From: Saprospira grandis | Lineage (GTDB): Bacteria > Bacteroidota > Bacteroidia > Chitinophagales > Saprospiraceae | DNA: 64,000 bases | NCBI RefSeq assembly: GCF_027594745.1 | Contig: NZ_CP110854.1 | Coordinates: forward strand, 988,241 to 1,052,240 | Direction of reading: 5' to 3' | Shown here: in pieces, positions 38,901-47,334 of the stretch | How the letters are laid out: the number at the start of each line of letters is the position of its first letter | Position numbering within the stretch: the first letter of the stretch is position 1 | Program-made: the position numbers and the translations under genes | The notes under the pieces: model-generated | Databases searched by the model: none | The model's input: the letters and a program-made list of their open reading frames with translations, nothing else | What the model was told of the DNA's origin: nothing

Positions 38901-39245
38901 CGTTAAGGGCGTGTTGATCGCCCAAATTAACACCCCCTGATCATCATACTTCGCCAAATAGCCCTCCTGTAAAGAAGGGTTGACCTGACCCGTAGCCAAA
39001 AACTGACTGTTATACACAATGGCCGTTCCCGAACTAGGATCGGCATCTAAGGAGTCAATCACAGCCCCATAAACATAAATGTTTCCACTGCTATCAGTCA
39101 TTATTTTACTAGCCCCATTAGAGCCGCCTCCGCCTATATCATAGGCCCAATCTAACTTTAAATCCTGTGCCCACAGACTCGAAGAAAATAAACTTACTGC
39201 CAATAATAAAAGACAGTGTAGTGATCTCTTAATCATAGTAATCAT
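35988..39245 (-). CDS. Large T9SS-secreted adhesin-like protein with SprB-type repeats
   Basis: A signal peptide is followed by an N-terminal beta-propeller-like region. There are at least 6 repeats of the SprB type (C..A.DGS......GGT.PY.Y.W), and the C-terminal T9SS sorting domain is ...LFPNPNNGQFNLQF...KRVIIK. Confidence 0.8.
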   Translation of the reverse strand: MITMIKRSLHCLLLLAVSLFSSSLWAQDLKLDWAYDIGGGGSNGASKIMTDSSGNIYVYGAVIDSLDADPSSGTAIVYNSQFLATGQVNPSLQEGYLAKYDDQGVLIWAINTPLTATLYSPIIFQVSAVGEIYLAGGLSDTVDIDPTAAVQNLEGYALYEDANRGAFNETSFLVKYNTDGSLAWGHLYPEYIQAPSAAGSTLLGIRGIAFDEFGDVYVAGNFFGDIDLDPGAGTDLYSAPFTPGSTFPPVSATTENYGYLAKLNPSGQFQWAFSLENDGAEIAALAIHESKIYLAGTVDGRPTFPSSPDFDPSSDTAHLYPAYDYANFLARYSPAKTLDWVKMMPQLDPSVATARFRGALATAEGLILSGEINGQTQAGVAFGLVGTDTFNVSVGNAPNGLQYFTVAYRHDASFRFGKEHNGFLEYMVKDHQGGSYIGYSFENSMDLAISDTFSTQVTPGFGTYGVVVARYDSLGQLLFHHVLANPFGQFYAASEDVILFAGSYVSSIPAFPTNDFDLGPNTFSLSSTAPQTTSAIAKYVNCRMVLDYQLTDVSCKAGADGSIAATVVEGGTAPFNYLWSDNQTTATATNLSAGSYMLTLTDDNGCQAFDSLYISEPDSAVSALTSSQMASCFGATDGSLAAQAFGGTAPYSFAWSSSAATANVSNLAAGVYSLTITDAQACELVVQDSVLQPDSIELSFTATMTSCFSSQDGQAVVSASGGTAGYSFLWSNGETTAAVNNLAPLSYMVTVTDANGCENMDSVGISHPPFYGTNISVDHVTCRNDSDGSALASAYGGTPPYSYLWDDASATADSAVNNLAAGSYYVTVTDANGCPQVNLAEIRQPGSDLVAVLLSASGTSCHNSSDGVLYLATSGGWQDSSYASSWSNGVTGIGFDTVSNLAAGNYQVTVTDFEGCTDTASIEVYSPDPLVVNLTIIDAPCFACENGSIGAANLTGGTPPYQYSWPNGTSGDSLTNLSAGNYTLTITDGNGCELITTATVNEPPVSVEHLALADLQLFPNPNNGQFNLQFSAGIYRLELFDGLGRKIFDQKMGGEQQLQLHIPNLAAGMYLLRLNEQISKRVIIK

Positions 39246-39446
39246 TTTAAGGTATAGCTGATAATTTTATCTTGTTTTAAGCCCCCTAAGGACTTACCAC
39301 AAATTTATTGCAGCCTCTTGCTTAAAACGAATCTGAACAAGGACGACAGCCGGACCACAACCGGACATCAGCCGGACAGCCCCCTAAACCAACAAAAGCC
39401 CCAGCCAATCTTGGCTGGGGCTTTTGTCTTTACTTTAAGTCCCGAT

Positions 39447-40499
39447 TTATCCAGTAACCTTAAAGGTAAATTCTACATGGTCTACGGGCTCATTCATTTC
39501 TCCTTTCTTAATGATCCGACGAACACCAGAACCCGATACCGGCACTAACTCCGCTACCTTGTTCGCAAATACAGAACGATTCCCATTGGGTACCACATCC
39601 AAAGCCTGATTACTCAAGTGCTTACTCGATACCCGCCCTCTGTTCTGATCTCTTTTCTGCCACCAATCAGCAAAGGCCTGAATGTTTCCGCTGTACTTAC
39701 GGCAAGCATCCAGTACATCTTGACCATACCAACGAGCAACAGTCTTCGCTCCACGGTTGGGCAAGGTCTGCGTCATCGTAATCCGAGCCTGATCATGATA
39801 GGTTCTAATCGTTGAAGTCACTGTTGCTCCAGTCATTCCACAAGCCGCCAAAATACTCTTGAGCAACTTCTCCGCTCTGCTATTCATCTTCACCGCCTTC
39901 GAGCCATAGCTTAAACTAACATTGCCCGCATTGGGGTGGCTAAAGTCTTGGCCCGAAACGCCCCCCTCTTCACTACTGTCTGTAGCCGAGGAGCTATCCG
40001 AACTACTGCTGCTGTCATCCGAACTTGCAGAAGCCGCACCATTAAGCGCCTGCCAACTCTGCCCTCCAGGATCAATCCGCCCATCAGCCCAACCAAAGGC
40101 CGCCTGCTGAAAAGCTTTGATCTCCCCAATAGTGCCCGGCCCAATCAATCCATCTACAGTCAAATTATGCCCCTTGGCCTTCAATAATTCCTGAACCAAC
40201 TGCACATCGGCCTTATCATTGGTTCCACCACGGCCCACAGAGGCCTTTATCGTTTTCTGATTACTCTCTAGTTCCGCAGGAGGAGCCCCAGCTTCTTCAT
40301 CTTCACCTGCCTCCGCCTGTGCTGCATCAATTTTGTCCTCCAACAAATCTCCCAAGCTGTTAATCAAGCCCTCAATTTTATCCAATTGATCTTGCTCCTC
40401 TTGGTCAATTTTACCATCGGCCAAAAATAATTCCTTTAAGGTGGTCAACTGAGCATTGTACTGCCCAATAAGCCCCTGAATCTTACCTAAATCTGCCAT
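39447..40499 (-). CDS. Cell-wall hydrolase-like protein: an N-terminal coiled coil, a PG_binding_1-like domain, a Ser-rich linker and a C-terminal VanY/M15-like (LAS) peptidase domain
   Basis: The PG-binding-like segment is DVQLVQELLKAKGHNLTVDGLIGPGTIGEIKAFQ. The C-terminal motifs STIRTYHDQ, SSKHLSNQALD and EPVDH match the VanY-type SxYRSxxxQ / SxHxxGxAxD / EPWH pattern. There is no signal peptide. Confidence 0.55.
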   Translation of the reverse strand: MADLGKIQGLIGQYNAQLTTLKELFLADGKIDQEEQDQLDKIEGLINSLGDLLEDKIDAAQAEAGEDEEAGAPPAELESNQKTIKASVGRGGTNDKADVQLVQELLKAKGHNLTVDGLIGPGTIGEIKAFQQAAFGWADGRIDPGGQSWQALNGAASASSDDSSSSSDSSSATDSSEEGGVSGQDFSHPNAGNVSLSYGSKAVKMNSRAEKLLKSILAACGMTGATVTSTIRTYHDQARITMTQTLPNRGAKTVARWYGQDVLDACRKYSGNIQAFADWWQKRDQNRGRVSSKHLSNQALDVVPNGNRSVFANKVAELVPVSGSGVRRIIKKGEMNEPVDHVEFTFKVTG

Positions 40500-40628
40500 A
40501 AAAGCTATTCTTTAGTTGTTTTGTAATTGTCTTACTGAAAGATACAGAAATCAAGAGCAAAAAACCAATTAGACGCTTAACTTTTCAGCCAGATTTTACA
40601 AGCCCTAAACAACTCAGTCCCCCCTTCC

Positions 40629-41726
40629 CTACTTTTTCTTGGCCACTAATTCATCAAAAAAGGCCAAATAACGCTCTTTTTGGGCCACTACAGCATACTC
40701 TTCCAACACCCTTTGGCGACCCGCCCGGCCCAGCTCCGCCCGCAATTCAGGCGATTCAATCAAAGCCGAAAGCTGCGCAAACCACTCCTCCTCATTATGC
40801 GCCAAATAACCATTGACACCCTGCTCTATAATCTCAGTGTTCACCCCCACCGCCGACATCACCGCAGGCAAACCCAAAGCCATATATTGCAAGCCCTTCA
40901 ACCCACATTTCCCCTTGGTCCACTCATCAGTCGGCAAAGGCATCAAACCAATATCCAACTCCACCAATTGCTCAATCTCATCCGCCTCGGTCCAAGCTAC
41001 CCCCCGAATATCCAACTCTGGCAAACTATAATTGGCATCTCCAATCAACTTAAAGTAAATCTTATCGCCATACTTCTCCTTCAAACGACGCAAAACCGGC
41101 AATAACTGCTCAAAGTACTGTACCGTAGAAAAACTCCCCGTCCAACCAATACAAACCGCCGCATCCGCCGCCTTAGCCGGCTTAAATTTAGGATGATGCC
41201 GCTGCTCATCCACAGTCGTCGGCAATACCTTTACACAATCATTATATTGCCTCGCATAATCCGCCAAATAACGATTCCCCGCAAATACCATATCCGCCAA
41301 GGCAATTAACTCCGCCGTCTTATTCGCATTTTTCAAAAACCCCAAGGCCTTATTATTTGCCGATACATTTTGTAACCATATAGAATCGTCAAAGTCAAAA
41401 ACCAAGGGCGCCCGCTTGGCAAAACGACGCTCAAAAAAAGAAGTCCCCAACATAAAGGCCTCCCGCTGCACATAAATCACATCAAATTGCTTGGCCCAAG
41501 CCCCAGAAGCCCGCCAAAGCCGCCAAACACTCTTCAACAATACTTTCATTTTGCCCAAATACTGCCCCGCTCCATAAAAAACAGGATCATCCTCCGCCTC
41601 AATCAAATAACATAGCTCATACTCATAACCATGCTCCTCCAAAAAATCTAAATACTGCTCATACCGAAAACGCTGTGAAGGCGAACGATTTGGCCGATGT
41701 AAAGCCACAAAAAGAATCCGTTTCAT
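40629..41726 (-). CDS. GT4/GT1-family glycosyltransferase
   Basis: The C-terminal GT-B domain carries the E..E motif region (LMPLPTDEWTKGKCGLKGLQYMALGLPAVMSAVGVNTEIIEQGVNGYL). Confidence 0.85.
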   Translation of the reverse strand: MKRILFVALHRPNRSPSQRFRYEQYLDFLEEHGYEYELCYLIEAEDDPVFYGAGQYLGKMKVLLKSVWRLWRASGAWAKQFDVIYVQREAFMLGTSFFERRFAKRAPLVFDFDDSIWLQNVSANNKALGFLKNANKTAELIALADMVFAGNRYLADYARQYNDCVKVLPTTVDEQRHHPKFKPAKAADAAVCIGWTGSFSTVQYFEQLLPVLRRLKEKYGDKIYFKLIGDANYSLPELDIRGVAWTEADEIEQLVELDIGLMPLPTDEWTKGKCGLKGLQYMALGLPAVMSAVGVNTEIIEQGVNGYLAHNEEEWFAQLSALIESPELRAELGRAGRQRVLEEYAVVAQKERYLAFFDELVAKKK

Positions 41727-41747
41727 ACTATTTTTTAGCCTATTGTT

Positions 41748-41945
41748 TTTTGGGGCTGCCCCCTCAGTTCCTTCGGGGTCGGGCTGTTTCGCAGCTCGCT
41801 ATTCGCTCGGCCCTGCGGGCTTTTTCGCTTCGCTCCAAAAGCCCTAGGTCTGCCGCTTCGCGCCACTGCTGTCCATCCCTCAGCCGGCTCGCTTCGCTCG
41901 CCCCTGCCGCAGAATAAAAGCAGCGCCTTTAAGGCCCCGCCCAAA
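41748..41945. repeat. GC-rich composite intergenic hairpin repeat
   Basis: Contains ttttggggctgccccctc, tttcgcagctcgctattcgctcggccctgcggg and ctaggtctgccgcttcgcgccactgctg. Confidence 0.7.
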
Positions 41946-42127
41946 AGTAAGACTTAATCAATTCATTTAATAATAGTGGCTTAGGATTCCAAATCTTATC
42001 TCCAACAAAATACAACTTCCTGTTTTTATTTGCAAAAATATATGCAACTATTTGTTTTTAAACAGATTTGTTTTAGATTTGTAGGGCAAGGGGACTTGTT
42101 CCTCCTCTGCTCGCCAAATGATCCAAT

Positions 42128-42868
42128 ATGAAAAATCAAAAAAAGGAGAAGCGTTTAGCCATGAATCGTCGTTTCATCAAGGCCTTTAAAGCCTTAGAGG
42201 AAAAAGGAGATATTGTCCCCAATAGCCACGATAAAGGAATGACCAAACTCTCTTTGCTCTTTTGGGACAAAAAAGGAAACGGACATCTGGTCCGCGCATT
42301 TCTCAACCCCAATAGCAACCGCTCTATCGATTTTGATAAAGCCAGCCGCTTTTGCGAAGAATTTGGCGTCAATAAGGATTATCTGCTCCAAGGCAAAGGC
42401 CCTATGTTTGGCGAGGAAGATGCTCCCGCCTTCGCCAACGGAGAATTAGCCTCCGATTATGGATACGGCTCCCAAATTCTATATTCTAGCCAAGCCGCTT
42501 TTGCTAGCTCGGCCCTAGGCATAGATTCTTATGAAGAAGGACAGTATTTTAGCCTGCCCGGCCTCTCTCAAGGCGATTATGTCGCCTTTACTATTAGTGG
42601 AGACTCTATGCAACCCACCCTTAGTAATGGAGATCTGGTGATCTGTCGCCCCCTAGAAGGTATCGAAAGAGTGCAGGAAAATGAAGTCTACGCCATCGTC
42701 AGTAGCCATGGTGTCCAAGTTAAACGTATCCAAAAGGTGTTTAACAAAAATCGCCTAACTCATCTCAAACTTATTTCTGATAACTACCTAGAACATGATC
42801 CCTTTATGGTGGAGGTCGCAGAAGTACGAAAAATTATGAAGGTGGACCGAAAAGTAACCGCCCTCTAA
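42128..42868 (+). CDS. S24-family (LexA/CI-like) peptidase-domain transcriptional regulator
   Basis: The C-terminal S24 domain carries the Ser nucleophile context (FTISGDSMQPTLSNGDLVI) and K (VQVKRIQKV). The N-terminus is HTH-like. The alternative start ATG 42161 is preceded by aaaaaggagaa. Confidence 0.7.
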   Translation: MKNQKKEKRLAMNRRFIKAFKALEEKGDIVPNSHDKGMTKLSLLFWDKKGNGHLVRAFLNPNSNRSIDFDKASRFCEEFGVNKDYLLQGKGPMFGEEDAPAFANGELASDYGYGSQILYSSQAAFASSALGIDSYEEGQYFSLPGLSQGDYVAFTISGDSMQPTLSNGDLVICRPLEGIERVQENEVYAIVSSHGVQVKRIQKVFNKNRLTHLKLISDNYLEHDPFMVEVAEVRKIMKVDRKVTAL

Positions 42869-43034
42869 ACTCTCCCTGCCCACTTTTCCAAAATACAGCT
42901 TACAAATAATTGATCCCCCCCGCCCCTTAGCCCTAGCTAAGGGGCTTTTTTATTCTCGACTTAGAGCCGTTCTAGCCCTTGCTTTCCCCCTTTTTATCTT
43001 CCTATCCCCTTCTTTAGTCTTTGACTTTACTCAT

Positions 43035-43145
43035 TTATTGTAGCCATGCAGTAGCTCTACTCCTCTAATACAGTAATTTACTGTTCGAATGCAGTAGCTC
43101 TACTCCTCTAATACAGTAACTTACTGTTCGGATGCAGTAGTTGTA
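43035..43145. repeat. Two tandem copies of about 52 bp containing the ACAGTAAnTTACTGT palindrome
   Basis: The sequence is ctcctctaatacagtaatttactgttcgaatgcagtagctctact repeated, with a variant acagtaacttactgttcggatgcagtag. Confidence 0.7.
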
Positions 43146-43274
43146 CTGCTCGCATGCGGTCCTTTACTGTATACTAGTGCTGGTCAAAGTCCTTTATATA
43201 GGTTCTGGAAGTCCATGGTATAGGTTGTAGGACCCCAAATAGACCTCCCTAGACCTATCCGATAAGGTCTATAG

Positions 43275-43600
43275 ACCTACCTCATGCAGTATAGAAACCT
43301 ATCCAATACAGTTCAGTACCTACCTCATGCAGTATAAGAACCTACCCAATACAGTTCAAAACCTACCCAATACAGTTCAAAACCTACCTCATACAGTATA
43401 AGAACCTACCCAATACAGTTCAGCACCTACCTCATACAGTATAGGAACCTACCCGATGCAGTTCAGCACCTACCTCATACAGTATAGGAACCTACCCGAT
43501 GCAGTTCAGCACCTACCTCATGCAGTATAGGAACCTACCCGATGCAGTTCAGCACCTACCTCATACAGTATAAGAACGTACCTCAATAGAACTTTGCCAA
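43275..43600. repeat. Iteron-like tandem array of about 7 units with a period of about 44 bp
   Basis: The unit is cctcatacagtataggaacctacccgatgcagttcagcacctac with minor variants. There is no ORF. Confidence 0.8.
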
Positions 43601-43689
43601 TAATCGCCTAGGGACAAGCCCCTAGGCAGCAAAAGAGGAAACACAAAATATTGAACAGTCTCCAGTTTTAAACCGTCTCGCATTTTGCA

Positions 43690-43838
43690 TCTAGAGGCGG
43701 CGAAGCCGCCGGCTGAGGGGCTGTAGCAGGGCCGCCAAAGGCGGCAGACCCAGGCGGCGAAGCCGCCGCAGGGCCGAGCAGACCTGCGAGCTGCGCAATG
43801 GCCCGACCCGAGCGAAGCGAGTGGGCAGCCCCAAAAAA
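43690..43838. repeat. GC-rich composite intergenic hairpin repeat
   Basis: Contains ggcggcgaagccgccggctgaggggctgtagcagggccgccaaaggcggcagacccagg and gcagggccgagcagacctgcgagctgcgcaatggcccgacccgagcgaagcg. It is nearly identical to the copy at 54043..54190. Confidence 0.75.
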
Positions 43839-43962
43839 TAATCCTCCCAAAAAGCCAAGCTAGGCAGCAAAGACCCTATCTTCAACGTATTAGAAACAAC
43901 TGGGAAAAGCTATCCCAACCGAGAGAATGCACCCCATTTCCCTCCACTGATAATTATCTGCT

Positions 43963-44544
43963 ATGGATTTTTCCTTAAATATATCATCTAAAAAAGAGCG
44001 CGAGCGGACCGCCAAAGAGCAAGAAGCACAGCTCATCCAAGCCTGCTTAGAAGAAAAGCGTTGGGCCCAAAAAGAACTCTACGAGCGCTTTTATGGGCGC
44101 ATGCTAGGGGTCTGTCTGCGCTATTCTAATAATAGTGAAGATGCCCGCGACATCCTCAATGAAGGCTATATCAAAGTATTCCGTTATCTGCATCGCTACA
44201 AAGTAGGGACCTCCCTAGATGCTTGGATCAGACGGATTATGATTAACACCTCTATTGACTTTTACCGCAAGGCGATTCGCCACCGCAGTGAAGATATAGA
44301 GACGGCCCAACATAAAATTTCTGAAGATGCCGATGCCATTAGTCGCTATTCGGCCAAAGAAATTATGGCAGTGATCCAAAAACTGCCGCCCTCCTATCGG
44401 GCCGTATTTAATCTATATGCCATAGAAGGCTACTCGCATCGAGAAGTGGCCCAACAATTAGGGATTACCGAAAGTACCTCCCGCTCCAATTTAGTGAAGG
44501 CCCGAGCCAAACTAAGAGAGTACATTAAACAATTATATCACTAA
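43963..44544 (+). CDS. ECF-subfamily RNA polymerase sigma-70 factor
   Basis: Region 2 (LYERFYGRMLGVCLRYSNNSEDARDIL) and the region 4 HTH (REVAQQLGITESTSRSNLVKARAKLR) are present. It is a paralog of 16733..17293. Confidence 0.85.
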   Translation: MDFSLNISSKKERERTAKEQEAQLIQACLEEKRWAQKELYERFYGRMLGVCLRYSNNSEDARDILNEGYIKVFRYLHRYKVGTSLDAWIRRIMINTSIDFYRKAIRHRSEDIETAQHKISEDADAISRYSAKEIMAVIQKLPPSYRAVFNLYAIEGYSHREVAQQLGITESTSRSNLVKARAKLREYIKQLYH

Positions 44545-44564
44545 GCGTTAGAGCTAGTTCGCTT

Positions 44565-46241
44565 ATGAAAGAAGATTTTGACAAATTCGATGAATATAGC
44601 CGAGAACTCTTTAATGATTTTGAGGCAGAGGCAGATCATCTAGCAGAGGATTGGATGAAGTTGGAAGCCCATTTGGATGCTAGCCAACAGGAAGAGGAGC
44701 AATTGGACCAATTGGTCCTTGGCGCTTTGGGCAGTTTTGAAGCCAATGAGCTGAGCATGGCAGAGGATTGGGACCGTCTACAAACAGACTTAGACCTCAA
44801 TGCCGAAGAGGCCGAAGAGCTAGATGCCCTCGCTAGGCAGGCCTTGGCAGCCTATGCCGCTACAGAGGAAGAAATGCCCGAGGATTGGAGCCGCCTAGAA
44901 GCAGCCCTAGAGGAAGAAAAAAAGGAGCGTCCCCCTGTCTTTTGGCTAAAAAGCATGGAGGCAGGCTTGCTATTGCTCTCGCTCTTTACCCTAATTAACC
45001 TCTTTTATTTGCACCCTATGCAAGAAAAAGCGGCCGGGGAAAAAGGAGCGTCTAGCAAGGCCAGCACCGCCAATGATTTGGCCCAAAATACGCCCCTAGC
45101 TAAGCCCAAAAGCGATCAAAAAGATTCGCCTTCTTCCTTATCGGCTGGAGAAAATACGGCCCTAAGTAATGCGCTTCGCCTTAGTGAGGAGCAGCCGCAA
45201 ATTGCCATGGGCAGCCCCCTACTACAGCAGCAGCCCGCTGGGGCATTTTCGACGAGCTTTGGGGCTGGCGCAAAATTGCCCCCCTTTATTCAGGGCCAAA
45301 ATTTTGCAAAAGCAGCCGCTGGAGCTCAGGCTAATCTTTTACTGGCTACTGCTCAAGAGGAAAGCATGGAGCAAGCAGAAAACAGCCCTCAGATAAAGGG
45401 AACAGAAGAAGAAGCTCGTCCGGAAGAAGCCAGCCCCAAAGCAACACAAAATAAGGAAGCCGCTGTTTTTGCGGCCCTCGACCTAGAAGATCAGGGGCTG
45501 CCCTTGGCCGACTATTTGGCCAAAAAGGACAGCAATGATTTGGATAAATTGAGAGAAGACCTCAGTTTTCAGCTCAAAAGTCCCTATAGTTTTCCTAAAA
45601 TCTATAATCGCCATCGTCATTTGGGCCTATACACGGGCTTCAATTTGGGCCTAGGCGAAACGGCCCATTTGGGTAGTGGACAAGCGGGTTTGCAGTTTGG
45701 TCTACAGCTAGAGCAGGAGCTCAACAAAAATTGGGGCTTGTCTTTGGGCCTATTTTGGCAGCGACAAAACTATGCACTTTTCGAGCAATCTAGCCTCCTC
45801 CTGCCCGATGGCCAAAGCTACAACCGCCTAATCAATAAGGAGGAGGGCTTGCAGTTGTTGCAATTGCCTTTGCAGCTTCGCTATACCGTATATCGAGATA
45901 GCAAATGGGAGTTGCAGACCTTGGCGGCTGGCCTTTATCAGTTGTCTTTGCACCGACAGCAGCGGGGCCAAGAAGAGCTAATCGGACAACAGGCGGCGGG
46001 GCAAATCCTCCAAAGAAGCTATTTGCCGCATAACTCGCCCAATTCGGCCCTTTTGCAAGAGGGTAGCTGGGCCAACAACCAACAGTTTGCCTTGCAATTG
46101 GGCTTGGGGCTCGACCGCCAATTGGGCGACCACTACCGCCTTTCTTTGCAGGCTCATTATCTCCGCCAATTGGCCCAAAATGAACAGATGGCCGCTCATC
46201 ATTTTCAGTTGTTGGTGGGCCTAAAATATCGCTTACCTTAA
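44565..46241 (+). CDS. Putative anti-sigma factor-like membrane protein
   Basis: It follows the ECF sigma gene. N-terminal acidic repeats of the form (A/P)EDW.RLE..L are present, with a single TM helix (GLLLLSLFTLINLFYL). The C-terminal part is a Gln/Leu-rich beta-like domain homologous to the C-terminus of 17352..18692. Confidence 0.55.
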   Translation: MKEDFDKFDEYSRELFNDFEAEADHLAEDWMKLEAHLDASQQEEEQLDQLVLGALGSFEANELSMAEDWDRLQTDLDLNAEEAEELDALARQALAAYAATEEEMPEDWSRLEAALEEEKKERPPVFWLKSMEAGLLLLSLFTLINLFYLHPMQEKAAGEKGASSKASTANDLAQNTPLAKPKSDQKDSPSSLSAGENTALSNALRLSEEQPQIAMGSPLLQQQPAGAFSTSFGAGAKLPPFIQGQNFAKAAAGAQANLLLATAQEESMEQAENSPQIKGTEEEARPEEASPKATQNKEAAVFAALDLEDQGLPLADYLAKKDSNDLDKLREDLSFQLKSPYSFPKIYNRHRHLGLYTGFNLGLGETAHLGSGQAGLQFGLQLEQELNKNWGLSLGLFWQRQNYALFEQSSLLLPDGQSYNRLINKEEGLQLLQLPLQLRYTVYRDSKWELQTLAAGLYQLSLHRQQRGQEELIGQQAAGQILQRSYLPHNSPNSALLQEGSWANNQQFALQLGLGLDRQLGDHYRLSLQAHYLRQLAQNEQMAAHHFQLLVGLKYRLP

Positions 46242-46259
46242 TTCTTTTTTCCCATAATG

Positions 46260-46440
46260 TTTTGGGGCCCGCGGCCGCCCTTTTTAGGAGGGGCGGCCGC
46301 CGCTATGCTGCGGGGCTCACAGGTCTGTTCGGCCCTGCAGCCGCCTGCGGCGGCTTTGGTCTGGCCTTCGGCCACCCCTCCGCAGCGCTGGGCCTTTGGC
46401 CTGACGGCCATGGCGGCTTGGCCGCCTCCCAGCCCTTTAA
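46260..46440. repeat. GC-rich composite intergenic hairpin repeat
   Basis: Contains ttttggggcccgcggccgcc, cgctatgctgcggggctcacaggtctgttcggccctgcagccgcctgcggcggctttggtctggccttcggccacccctccgcagcgctgggcc. It is nearly identical to the copy at 61392..61560. Confidence 0.75.
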
Positions 46441-46449
46441 GTTGGACCA

Positions 46450-46486
46450 AAAAAAAAAGCGAGATCGTGTAAACGATCTCGCTTTT
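46450..46486 (-). terminator. Rho-independent terminator 3' of the first tRNA-His
   Basis: On the minus strand the hairpin agcgagatcgtttacacgatctcgct is followed by a T8 run. Confidence 0.6.
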
Positions 46487-46498
46487 GCTCTTAATGTA

Positions 46499-46574
46499 GG
46501 GAGGATGATGGGTTTCGAACCCACGACCTCCAGAACCACAATCTGGCGCTCTAACCAACTGAGCTACACCCTCC
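46499..46574 (-). tRNA. tRNA-His (anticodon GTG)
   Basis: The reverse complement folds as a canonical cloverleaf. The D-arm is GCTCAGTTGGTTAGAGC, the anticodon stem-loop CCAGA-TTGTGGT-TCTGG (GTG), and the T-arm GTGGGTTCGAAACCCAT. An encoded G-1 pairs with C73, which is the tRNA-His hallmark. Confidence 0.85.
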
Positions 46575-46630
46575 ATCTTGAAGCGGTACAAATATAAAGC
46601 AGCTTTTTGGATAATCCAAGTTTTAGCCAT

Positions 46631-46668
46631 AAAAAAAAAGCGAGATACTAAATAGTATCTCGCTTTTG
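46631..46668 (-). terminator. Rho-independent terminator 3' of the second tRNA-His
   Basis: The hairpin agcgagatacta-aa-tagtatctcgct is followed by a T9 run on the minus strand. Confidence 0.6.
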
Positions 46669-46679
46669 CTCTTAATGTA

Positions 46680-46755
46680 GGGAGGATGATGGGTTTCGAA
46701 CCCACGACCTCCAGAACCACAATCTGGCGCTCTAACCAACTGAGCTACACCCTCC
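46680..46755 (-). tRNA. tRNA-His (anticodon GTG), tandem duplicate
   Basis: Identical 76-nt sequence to 46499..46574. Confidence 0.85.
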
Positions 46756-46815
46756 ATCTTGAAAGCGGCACAAATATAAGCTAGCAAAATGAAAGGACCA
46801 AATTTTCTAGGAATT

Positions 46816-47172
46816 TTATTCTTCGCTAGGGTGCATAATTGCTTTTTTCTTGAGTAGGGTGGCTTCATCCTCTACATGTTCGGGGTCTGGAACGCAGCAA
46901 TCTACGGGACAGACGGCTGCACATTGAGGTTCTTCATGAAAGCCGACGCATTCGGTGCATTTATCGCTTACAATAAAATAGAAATCATCGGAAACGGGTT
47001 CGTTCATGAGGCCTGCATTGGCGGTTTTGCCGTTATGCAGTTCGAAATCGCCTTCTACTTCGGTGCCTTCTTCATAGGACCATTCTACGCCGCCTTCATA
47101 GATAGCGGTATTGGGGCATTCGGGTTCGCAGGCTCCGCAGTTAATACATTCGTCAGTGATAATAATGGCCAT
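46816..47172 (-). CDS. 4Fe-4S ferredoxin (two-cluster type)
   Basis: Two Cys clusters are present: [12 protein letters not shown] and [18 protein letters not shown]. Confidence 0.85.
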   Translation of the reverse strand: MAIIITDECINCGACEPECPNTAIYEGGVEWSYEEGTEVEGDFELHNGKTANAGLMNEPVSDDFYFIVSDKCTECVGFHEEPQCAAVCPVDCCVPDPEHVEDEATLLKKKAIMHPSEE

Positions 47173-47334
47173 AAATAGAAAATTATAGGGCAGTAAAGAA
47201 TCAGTTCAATGGGAAAAAGTCTTAGTCAGGGACTTTTTGTTTGGAGGGCTAATTATTTTGCGCTCCAATAAGAAACCCCAAAGATAGCAAGCAGTTTAAA
47301 GAAAGGGGAGAATTTGCGCCCAAAACTTTTGCCC

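Noticed and set aside
42128-46760. Integrated prophage or ICE suggested by the S24 CI-like repressor, the iterons and the tandem tRNA genes
   Set aside because: No integrase, terminase, capsid, relaxase or replication genes occur between or around these features in the window. The intervening genes are ordinary ECF sigma/anti-sigma regulators. I retain the regulatory-site hypothesis only.
46238-46868. ORFs 46238..46720 (-), 46262..46597 (+), 46303..46539 (-) and 46623..46868 (-) predicted across the tRNA-His genes
   Set aside because: They overlap two canonical tRNA genes, their terminators and a GC-rich repeat. Their 'proteins' partly repeat each other because the tRNA unit is duplicated ([25 protein letters not shown] twice). 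I call them spurious.
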